Shown here: one piece after another, positions 1-9,800 of the stretch
Position numbering within the stretch: position 1 is the first letter of the stretch
Layout: each line of letters opens with the position of its first letter
Origin: Rhynchopus sp. YZ270_cl-10
Taxonomy: Eukaryota
Reading direction: 5' to 3'
Assembly (NCBI GenBank): GCA_964035575.1
Contig: OZ037837.1
Location: 1,302,001 to 1,366,000, forward strand
DNA length: 64,000 nucleotides
Position numbers and translations under genes: made by a program
The notes under the pieces: model-generated
The model's database searches: none
Told to the model about the DNA's origin: nothing
Seen by the model: only the letters and a program-made list of their open reading frames with translations

Positions 1-1
1 C

Positions 2-1348
2 ACTCCGGACGGATGCCACGTGGTCTCATGCTCGTATGATCGTACAGCACGCCTCTGGAGCCTTTCCACTGGGGAGGAGGTGATGGCGTTCGACAGCGAT
101 TTTGGGTTGCAGTCGGTAACCGTCACACCCGATGGATGCCATGTAGTTGCGGGGTCTGCCAACTACACGATTTGCATCTGGAGCGTGTCAACGGGGAGGG
201 TGGTGACGGTCTTGGAGGGGCATACCTTCAAGGTGATGGGTGTTGCCGTGACACCAGATGGATGCCACGTGGTGTCTGCCTCTTGCGATAAGTCTGTGCG
301 CGTGTGGGACATCATGGCTGGGAAGGAGACTCTCGCTCTGCAGAGCCACCTCTTCATCGTGAACAGTATTGCAGTCGTCTCTGATGCATCTCTCCTATCA
401 TGCTGCCACAATGTGATGTCCACATGGAACCCATCCACGGGCAAGCAGATCCAGCTGTTCGAAGGGCACACCGATACCATATGTGATGTAGCCGTGTTCC
501 CGGACGGATCTCATGTTGTTTCTGGCTCTGTGGACATGACACTACGTGTGTGGAACAGTGAGACCGGCAAGGAGGTGCCTTTCCGCAATCCCAACGAGAA
601 GGTGGTCCATGCAGGTCACATACGGTCCGTGGCAGTGTCACCTGACGCGTCTCACGTGGTATCAGGTTCCGCAGACAAGACTGTCCGTGTGTGGAGCCTG
701 TCGACTGGGAAGGAGGTATCCGTGTTTGATGCAACCTCAAGCGACGTCAATGGAGTCGTAGTGACTCCTGATGGAGTGCATGTGGTTTGCGCCATCGCCA
801 AAACCGTGTGCATGTGGACACTGCACACTGGTGCGGAGACAATGGTGTTCGAAGGGCATACCGACCGAGTTGTGCGTGTGGCTGTGACCCCCGATGGGTC
901 TCGTGTTGTTTCATGCGCGTGGGACCAGACCGTGCGTGTGTGGGACGTCGCCAGCGGGAAGGAGGTGCACACCCTATTAGGGCTTTCTTCCGATCCGTTT
1001 GGGGTGGCAGTGACACCCGACGGAGCGCACGTCGTGTCGTCCGCTGCAGACGGCACTGTGCATGTATGGAGCATCACTACTGGCGAGGAGGTGGCTGTGA
1101 TCCATGGGGATTGTGCTGCATTGCGCAGTATTGCTGTGAGCCCCGATGGACGTGAGGTGATGTGTTGTTCCGAAAAATGCGTGCGCGTGTGGAGCATTTG
1201 CAGGGAAGACGGCACGATTGATGGGAAGACGAGGTTGAAGAGAGTGATCGGTGCCCCTGCCACAGTTCCTCGTGCATCAGGCTGTCGCAATGCTGATGCT
1301 GTGGAGCCCGAGCTTGCGAGACGGATTCTTCTGGACAAGAAGGTGTGA
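2..1348 (+). CDS. WD40-repeat protein, 5'-partial; paralog of the C-terminal propeller region of 6830-12274
   Basis: About 10 GH...VAVTPDG..VVS.S.D.TVRVW repeats, and the frame is open to the window edge. The C-terminus (RLKRVIG.P.TVPR..GC.NADAVEPELARRIL) and downstream DNA are shared with the copies ending at 12027 and 15045. Confidence 0.88.
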   Translation, partial: TPDGCHVVSCSYDRTARLWSLSTGEEVMAFDSDFGLQSVTVTPDGCHVVAGSANYTICIWSVSTGRVVTVLEGHTFKVMGVAVTPDGCHVVSASCDKSVRVWDIMAGKETLALQSHLFIVNSIAVVSDASLLSCCHNVMSTWNPSTGKQIQLFEGHTDTICDVAVFPDGSHVVSGSVDMTLRVWNSETGKEVPFRNPNEKVVHAGHIRSVAVSPDASHVVSGSADKTVRVWSLSTGKEVSVFDATSSDVNGVVVTPDGVHVVCAIAKTVCMWTLHTGAETMVFEGHTDRVVRVAVTPDGSRVVSCAWDQTVRVWDVASGKEVHTLLGLSSDPFGVAVTPDGAHVVSSAADGTVHVWSITTGEEVAVIHGDCAALRSIAVSPDGREVMCCSEKCVRVWSICREDGTIDGKTRLKRVIGAPATVPRASGCRNADAVEPELARRILLDKKV

Positions 1349-2421
1349 GTGCGCTCTGGGGCGTTCTTCTGCGTTGCCTCTACCAATGCGAATGCAGTCT
1401 GAGTGACGCTGCTAGGTCTTCATCAGCAGGTGAAGCAGTCGCGTAGGGTAAGAGCATCCCCTGGCACATTAAAGTGTGCAAGCCTGTGTAATATTTCCTA
1501 CTTTTTACTTCTTTACCTTTCCAGTTCGGGAGGATCTTGTCTTATTGTTCCGTTTTACAACGGGAGGAAGCGTTCAGCACTTTGCATAGTTACACAGTTA
1601 CAAAGCTTTCAGAAATAAATTTGACTTGAAATACGTTGACCAGGTTGACACCTGGTAAACAAAACAAAAGTTACACAGTTACACCTTCAATTGTATTATT
1701 TTTATGCCTCACTGTGCATATCCGTGTTAACACTTTCATCAGGGTCCACTTTGGGTAAACCACTTGTCCATAAAAATAGTTTTTGTTTCATTCTTGTCCA
1801 AATAAGGCGGATTTCGGGATTTTTGGAGTAACTTTGGCGACTTTTTTTGGACTCCGAACATATTTAGAGTCGTGGAGAGCAAATGGGTTGGGTGGAGTGC
1901 ACAAAAAAGGTGAAAAGAAAGAGCCAAGAGTGCAGCCTTGGACAGGTCCATAGCAACACATTCTTTGCGGATACCACTTTTGTTTTTGATTTTAGTAGCC
2001 AAGCACGCGAGGCTAGGTTCACCTCACAAACTGTTCTTTATTTCATTGATTTTGTTCGCACTTTTCTGCATTTTGAATACAACAACACAAAAGGCCACAC
2101 ACCCCTTAACGAATTGAGGATGTTTTGTTGATGTGTCTAAGTGCATGAAGCGCAGATGTGTTGCAACTTTTGAGTGAAAGAGTACTTGAAACACTTGAAG
2201 TGCTTTTGGACAGGAATGAGGAATGTTTTGCACGAAAGCAAATGGCTCATACCCCCTGGTGCCTTCTGCTCCACGCAGGTAGGGTAGGGTAGGGTCCTGT
2301 GACTGCGCCTTCTGTCGCTGTGATGTGCCCGGTGCCTTCCTACCTTCTTTGCCCTCATCTTTCCACACAACACAGCATTGAGAGGGAACGTCATACACAC
2401 ATTGACAAGAAGTGGAAAATA

Positions 2422-3531
2422 ATGCCCAAACGACACGCAAACAGCGATGAGAAGGTTCCAAAGAGAAGAAAGATTTCTGCAGACGAAGTCTTGGTGGAGG
2501 CTGCGAGGAACGGCGACACTGCTGCCGTGCGGGCGGGACTTGAGAAGCTATCCCCAGTGGCAGCCTGGCAGCCGGAGAGGAGAACTGTCGTCTTCGTCTT
2601 CGATGCTGTGCACGAGGCATGCAGAGGGAACCACGATGAATGTCTCGCACTACTTCTTCCGTATGTTGAGACAACGCAAATGGGCTTCGGGATGCTGCTG
2701 AGTGAGTGTGTCCACGCAGACCACACTGCGTGCACGGAGGTACTCTTGCAGCATTGGAAGTCTGTCTGCAGCAACGTCGCGTTTGTGCCACACGGGTTAG
2801 AGGAAGGCAGCGACGGTCAGGCACCTCGTGCCTGTCCAGCCATGTGGGCGGACCCTGCAGTGTGTCAGGTGCTCATTGATGCAGGGGCAGACATTAAGGC
2901 AAAGGACAGCAATGGGCGTTCGCCTCTGCACTGGGCCAGCGAGGAAGGGCATCTCGCGAACGTGAAGCTGTTGGTTGAAGCAGGTGCGGAAGTGCGTTCC
3001 ACAGACAACAAAGGTCGTACGTGCCTTTTCAGCGCGGCACCGCACACCGAGACTGTGCGCTATCTTGTGGGCTTGCCAGATGTGGAAGTGGATCACGTAG
3101 ACGACACCGGCTGCACTGCGTTACACCGCGCAGTGATGCATAAACGCGCAGATGTGGTGCAGGTGCTTGTTGATGCAGGGGCAGACGTAGAGGTGCTGAA
3201 TGGGGACGGACGTTCGCCTCTGCACGTCGCGAGCAAGAGCGGGGAACGCAAAGCTGTGCAGATATTGCTGGAAGCGGGTGCAGGGATGCGTGTCACAGAC
3301 TACGGAAGGCAAACATATCTTGCCCTTGCGGCGGCTGCGGGACACACTGCGACTGTGCGCTCTGTTGCTGGCTTGCCGGGGGTGGAACTGAACCACCAAG
3401 ACGAGCACGGCTGCACTGCTCTGCATTGTGCTGCGAGGGGCGGACATCTGGATGCGGTACAAGTTCTGCTTTATAACGGTGCGGACTGGACCTTGCGCGA
3501 CCAGTACGGTTGCACAGCATTGGGCAATTAG
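2422..3531 (+). CDS. Ankyrin-repeat protein with putative bipartite NLS
   Basis: Repeated GRSPLHxA / GCTALHxA...LLxAGA ankyrin motifs; N-terminus MPKRHANSDEKVPKRRK. The start was taken as the ATG at 2422 within ORF 2299-3531. Confidence 0.88.
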   Translation: MPKRHANSDEKVPKRRKISADEVLVEAARNGDTAAVRAGLEKLSPVAAWQPERRTVVFVFDAVHEACRGNHDECLALLLPYVETTQMGFGMLLSECVHADHTACTEVLLQHWKSVCSNVAFVPHGLEEGSDGQAPRACPAMWADPAVCQVLIDAGADIKAKDSNGRSPLHWASEEGHLANVKLLVEAGAEVRSTDNKGRTCLFSAAPHTETVRYLVGLPDVEVDHVDDTGCTALHRAVMHKRADVVQVLVDAGADVEVLNGDGRSPLHVASKSGERKAVQILLEAGAGMRVTDYGRQTYLALAAAAGHTATVRSVAGLPGVELNHQDEHGCTALHCAARGGHLDAVQVLLYNGADWTLRDQYGCTALGN

Positions 3532-4472
3532 GCACTGTGCTGTGCTATCGCACATACACTGAAGTATTACGGTGTTGGGCACTTTGCCTTTCTCAGGCAT
3601 ACGTTCGCACCCTAGACACTGACCACCTAAACCTGACAGCCGCCGCCACATCGTGTGTCAGTGGAGAAAAATAATAAAGCATCCCCCATTCTCACAAACA
3701 CCGTATATAAAATTAGCCCCCACGATTTTCGCAAAGCGAACCCAGCAAAATGGGGTCGGGGTTTTTTTTTTTTGCACTTTCAACTTTTCTTTTTTTAGCG
3801 ACTCAGGGTTTGTGCTCCTCTATAGCCTCTCCCACACTGCGAAACGGGCAGAGGACTAACCGGACCCTACATCACACAGGATTCATGTCGCTGTGTTCGC
3901 ATTGATCCCCGTTCATCTGGCTGATGAGTGGAAAGCGGGAGTACCTATCAGATGTACACCACGAAATGGATTGTAGGACTGCATGGTTGGTGTCACAGCC
4001 GGTCATACCAAGGTACACTGTCAGAGGACTTTGTATTTCAAGTCAACTTTTTTTTGGACTTGCTATTTGAGGGTGTTGGTCTGTGGCTTGGATCTTCTTC
4101 TTTTCTTCTTGTGGCGTGTGAATATTTTGTGTAGGTGATCGGAGGCGGGGTATGAAGATTAGCGTCACTGGCGACCATATCATGACAGCTTCCTTCCAAT
4201 CCTGACGCAGAGGGGCTGGCGAAATGGGGCAAAGGGAACATTCAGCGGCACGTGGAAGAGGAGAGTAAGGTGACAGCTCGACACACATTCTTTGTTCGTG
4301 TGGGGCTCATGCGGGCTGTACCTTTGCTGGGGAGTTGGCCGCTGAATGGGGAACTTCGTATTTGCCATTGCGAGTCCTGTCCCGTATTTTTGAGGAATTC
4401 AAATTATTGCTTTCCCTCCCAACACCCAACCCCCTCCAGACACCCTGCACCCTCGCACCCGAAACATAGAGT

Positions 4473-5855
4473 ATGGGGTGTGACACGCAGCCCACCGCAC
4501 CACAGATGCCGAGCTGTGAGAACTGTGGCGTGCCTGCACAGCTGCAGTGCGGGAACTGCACGGATCTGTTCCTCTGCGACACACCTGCGTGCTATGACGC
4601 TTGCCATGCAAGGCCACGTGACCGTGAGACACATCGCGCTTCTGTGACTGCGTACGGGACATCGTCGAAGTGTGCACAGCACTCAGGACAAGAGCTGTGC
4701 GTTGTCTGTGAAGACCCTGCGTGTGGAGACGCGTTGATCTGCATGCGTTGTGCTTACTTCGGACACACGGGACACAAGACAGTTGACATCACGGACTACA
4801 TGAAACGCCAGCGTGACACCCTCTGCTCACACGTGACAGACCTGACAACACAGCGGACTGCTGCAGAGGAGAAGTGCCGTGTGCTTGAGGCACTCCCACC
4901 CACGGAGGACAGGTACAAAGACCTTCTCCTGCAGACACACGTCGGGCACCTCGTGATGCGTGAGGATGTGTCGCGCAGCGAAGTCGTGTGTGAGGAGGAG
5001 GTGGCACGGAGCTTCCTCACACAGGCACTCAGTCGTGAAGGGGAGGTGTGTGCACTGAAGATGTTTGTTGCGAAGGCAGGACACATGATTGCTGAGTGTG
5101 AGGCGGTGTGCCAGCTTGGGGACGACCAGGTGCTGCGTGCGGTCACAGAGTCGCAGGCCGTTGTGCGGAACATCAACAGCATGGCAGCGAGTGGAGACCG
5201 CCACCGCCTTGTGGGTGCTGCACACCCACACACAACGTTTTCCCTGAAGCTGCCTGTTTCGAACGTGCACGACGCCCTTGCCCAGATGTCTGCGCTTGTT
5301 GTGCCTGTCCTTGTGCAGGGGTTGGATGGAGTGGAACACGAGATTGAGGTGAGTGTGTATGACACAGGCAGGGACTTGCTTCGGAAGGTGGCGTCTGCAG
5401 TGGGGTTGCGTGAAGGTTGCTTCGACATGACTTTCAGAGATGAAGTGATTGCAGAAGGAGAGGACGTGGTGCAGCTGAGGGGTCACAGGGTTGTTGTGAC
5501 GCAGACCAGCACAGAGAGGAGGAAGCAGGATGCCATTGCAGCACTTCGTGCGTTGGGTGAGACGACACTTACATCACAACGGTTGGAGCAGGTGACTGAT
5601 CCGAAGGTGGCTTGCTTGCTCCTGCAGGCACAAGTTGCGACTGCGATTCCAGACAACAGACAAGACGTTGGGGCAAGGACAGGTGAAGGGCATAAGCGTA
5701 GAAGGCGAGGGTGCCGGGGAGGGCAACATGCAAAACGGAACGCAGTCGAATATCGTGCGCTGCCGCCCGCACCCCGAAAGTGGTTCTGTATGACATGCCG
5801 CAGCATAGCCATGGGAAGCCACTGCGAAATGTGCGCATGGCACAGAGTTAGATAA
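4473..5855 (+). CDS. B-box zinc fingers + helical/coiled-coil + ubiquitin-like domain + C-terminal RanBP2-type Zn finger
   Basis: B-box1-like CENC..CGNC..LCD..C...H and B-box2 CAQH..LCVVCED..C...ICMRC...GHTGHK; Ubl-like VLVQGLDGVEHEIEVS..DT..DLLRKVA; C-terminal WFCMTC..HCEMC. Confidence 0.78.
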   Translation: MGCDTQPTAPQMPSCENCGVPAQLQCGNCTDLFLCDTPACYDACHARPRDRETHRASVTAYGTSSKCAQHSGQELCVVCEDPACGDALICMRCAYFGHTGHKTVDITDYMKRQRDTLCSHVTDLTTQRTAAEEKCRVLEALPPTEDRYKDLLLQTHVGHLVMREDVSRSEVVCEEEVARSFLTQALSREGEVCALKMFVAKAGHMIAECEAVCQLGDDQVLRAVTESQAVVRNINSMAASGDRHRLVGAAHPHTTFSLKLPVSNVHDALAQMSALVVPVLVQGLDGVEHEIEVSVYDTGRDLLRKVASAVGLREGCFDMTFRDEVIAEGEDVVQLRGHRVVVTQTSTERRKQDAIAALRALGETTLTSQRLEQVTDPKVACLLLQAQVATAIPDNRQDVGARTGEGHKRRRRGCRGGQHAKRNAVEYRALPPAPRKWFCMTCRSIAMGSHCEMCAWHRVR

Positions 5856-6812
5856 ACTGAAGACGGCAGAGAGAGAGAGAGAGAGCCATTTTACGCACAA
5901 TTATCCGGGTTGTCTTCCCCCTTGCAACACTGTGTCGCTCCTCTATGAATGGTTTATTTCAATTGTGACCAAGGTTACTTCTTATCGTGATGTGCATTGA
6001 TCTGAGTCATGCGTCTGCTCCCGTTTATAGTCTTTTGTACGAGTATGCAAGTTGTCATGAGTCTGTCCGTTTTCCCCTCCCCTCACCCCCGTACTTCAGG
6101 ACGCGGGTTTTCGGGGGGTTTTTCGGGATGGATGCGATCAACAAATAACAAACAACGAATAAATAAAGAAGGGGGTATTTCATTTTGAGCAACACGCAAA
6201 GAGTTACGAATCTCTTGAGAATCTGTATTGTTCTCGGTCCTCGCCACTCTGAGGTGATTCCGCGAACAGCAATCCTCACAGTTACCTTCTTTTTTGGAAA
6301 ATGCTCTAACCTAGAATGCCCACCAAGAACAGCTGCGCCTTGCCCTCCTGCAGCACAACCTTGTCTGATGAAGATCCACCTCACCCAGACCATCACCTTC
6401 AACTCCGACATGAAGGTCGTCTCCTCTGTGACCGCCAAGGCATGAGGGGTGCGCTCATCCTGTCACGGATGGTTCTGCCTCCGTTTTTATTCTTTGTTCA
6501 AATGTGCGGATTTTTCTGGTTTTGATGCTATAATTTTCACCTAATTTTTATTCCCACTTCTTCTCGTTTCTCCACAAAGCAAACCTCTGTGTACACAACC
6601 AGTCTCAGCACAGGAGGTCATTGTCGATGCAACAGAAACAGCGAAAGAACGAAACCCCACGACCCACCACCCATCACCCTACTTCACTGTTTGTTGCCCT
6701 TCTTGGGCCTGTTATAGCCAACGTTGCCTATGCGACTAGGATGCTTCTTTTCCCACACCGCGATATGTACACACAGGGACAACACACCCACCTCTGTGAA
6801 ACACACGAGACA

Positions 6813-6825
6813 CATTTTCTTGCAG
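6813..6825 (+). promoter_or_regulatory. Candidate (trans-)splice acceptor: pyrimidine tract + CAG just upstream of the ATG
   Basis: cattttcttgcAG|aaagATG. Similar arrangements precede 13631 (cattttgtttcAG|gaagATG) and 31337 (ctcttcttttcgtacacctcAG|aacaATG). Confidence 0.45.
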
Positions 6826-6829
6826 AAAG

Positions 6830-9800
6830 ATGGGGTCCGGAGCGTCGAAGCCTGAAAAGGACGAGATTGCAAAGGCAATCACAGAGAAGGAGAGGCCCGT
6901 GGACGCAGTGGACAGCGTGGACAGGAGGACAATGCTGCACAGTGCCGTGCTTGCGGGGGATGTGGAGGCAGTGCGGTTTCTTGTGAAGAATGGTGCAGGG
7001 AACGTGCGTGACAGGGACGGGAAGGTGCCGCTGTGGTACGCACTGCATCACAGGGACGCGGATGTGCGGGGCCGACTTGAGGCGGAGCTGGGGGCGCATG
7101 CAGCAGAGATCCTTGGTGAGGTGGAGGATGCTGTGCAGGTGTATCTCACTGACGGTGTTGCGACAACAACAACAACACCAGCACGTGTGTCGGTGGAACG
7201 GAGCAGTGGAGATGCAACGACAGCACTTCTTGCTGACCCTCACATGGACAAGGCAAAAGACACGAACACCTTGACTGGAGATAGGCACCTGGGAGAGGAC
7301 GATCTTTACGGGGACACGGAAACACTGCGGCATACAGACGGACGGAAGGTGGAGTGGCTGCGGAAAACAGACGACAACAAGAACAAGAACAGCAGTGGAG
7401 GTGAAGACCTGCTGTGCTGGCTGCGTGGTCTGCCAAAGGTGGATCCGCCGTTGGGCTACACAGACGAACACGTGCGGCACATGGAGGGAGGGTTCCGTGT
7501 GGTGTGCAAACGTCTGCTGGAGGACATCAGAAGACGGAGGGAGGCTGCGGGGACACGTGGTGGGCACGTGGAGGTGGAGGACTGGATGGCGGCACGCGAC
7601 CCGTTTGAGCTGCTGCTGTCGGGATTCCTGTTCACGTCTGACTGTGTGGAGTATGTGCTGGACAGCGGCGGGGATGTTGTGTGTGACGAGGACGGCACAC
7701 CGCAGATTGCGAAAGGGCCTGACGGGAAGCTGCGGTACATCCGTCTGACGGAGCGGGCTGTGCTGGACCACCACGGGAGTGCTGCTGAGTCACAGTCGCT
7801 TGCGCTGTACGCAACGATGAACACTGCGATGCGTGCTGTGGGGTGGCTGCCTGCGGTGAAGGAGTGGAAGGGGACGGCAGCACCGAACGTGTTTGAGCTG
7901 TCACCCGCACCCCCGCAGCTGCACGTGATTGCGACCTTTGCGCCGCTGATCCGTGGTCTGGACCGGCTGATTGGGAGCCGGAGGAAGCAGCTGCGGACTG
8001 TGTTCCGTGGGATCAATGTGAACGTGTCTGCGAAGTACGCGTTGGGGACGCACATTGTGTGGAACTGCTTCACGTCGACAACACTGAAGCGGGATGTGGC
8101 TCGGAGCTTCATGTACGGGAAGGGTGGCACGTTCTTTGTGGTGGTGGCGAAGGAGGGTGCTGCAGACGTGAAGTTCTCTTCTGTGTATGCTTCGGAGGAC
8201 GAGCTGCTGTACACAGCGAACATCGAATACCGTGTGCAGTGGAAGCTTTCGCCTACGTTGCTGCGGATGATGGGGCTGCGCTTTGACGTGATTGTGATGC
8301 AGGAGGTGTGCACGGGTGTGGGGGAGACGAGTGCAGCTGAGCAGGTGGGTGCGCTGCAGGAGGTGATGGGACACACAGTCGCGTTCTTTGAGGACTACCT
8401 TGCGCAGTACGTGGAGGGGCGTGTGGGGGACGACACACGTGTGGATGAGTCGGAGACACGTCCACTGATGGAGGAGGTGCGGAGGTGGCTTCGTGCACGT
8501 GGAGGTGGAGAGATGTCTGCAGTGTGCACACAGGCAGCAGCGGGCACAGAGCGCAAGCCTGATGTGGAGGCGAGAGAAGAAAGACAAGAGACGTGTGGTG
8601 TACTGTGTGTGATCGGAGAAGGAGGGAGCGGGAAGACGTCTGCTTCGATTGCAATTCTGAGCGACCTTGCAACATCTGCGAGGAAGAGCGAAAACATCAG
8701 CAGCGAAGGCACAAACAGGAACAGAAACAGTGTGGTGAGTGATGTGACTGCGGATGCGAAGCCGTACTTCCCTGTGTTTGTGGCGCTGCCGACAGTGAAG
8801 CAGCACCTGCTTGAGAAGGGAGGGTTGGACAGGTTTGTGCTGGAGTCGTTTGCGCTGCGGGAGGCGGACCGTGCGTACCTTGCGGAGACGTACGAGGTTG
8901 TGCTGGTGCTGGACTCGCTGGACGAGGTTGGTCTGACGCAGGAGGATGTGGATGCTGTGGTTGCTGAGGGTGGCCTTCTGTGCCGGCACCCGTGGGTGGA
9001 GGCACACTGCAGCGTTGTTGTGACTGTGCGTGGTGAGTACCTGAAGGGTGTGGACACGTCTCCGTCTGGTGTGTGTGGGGCTGGTGTGCGTGCTCTGTAC
9101 ATGCAGCCGTTCACAGAGGTGGATGCGAGAACGTACATCAAGCGTGCAAACACAGCCTGGGAGAAGGAGAAGGAGAAGTCAGCCCACAAGGAAGAGCGCA
9201 CAGTCTTCGTGCGTGAGGAGGACGTTGAGGGACTTGTGCAGCTGCGGAACCCGTTTGTGTTGCATATGGCGTGCCACGCACAGTGCAGTGGGAAGGCTTC
9301 TGAGGAGGTGATCTACGAGACCTACCTGGAGACGTGGACGAAGAAGGAGATGGCGTCTGGTGGAGTTGCTGTTGCTGATGCTGGTGCTGTTTCGGATGTG
9401 TCTTTGGAGGATGTGGTGCGTGCAGGGGAGCTTGTTGCATGCAGGATGCTGGAGACAAACGAGTGGCAGGGGACTGTGGGTGTGGCGTCGAAGCTTCTTG
9501 ATTCACAGCACGGTGTGTGTGAGGCTGTGCGTGATGCGTGCTTCCGCTGCCTGCCGTTCCGGATTGAGGACTTTGGGGAGGAGCGGAGTGCGTTCACGTT
9601 CCGGCACAAGTCGCTTGGGGAGCACCTTGCAGCACGGCGGCTTGCACGTGATCCAGCAGGGACACTGGGGACGCTGGTGCAGCGGAGCTTCAGCAAGGAC
9701 TCGCAGCGTGTGCTTGGGTTCTTTGCGGCGCTGGTGTGTGGAGACAGTGTGCTGTACGAACGTGCCTGCACAGAGCTGCTTGCGGCTGTGAAGGCGACAC

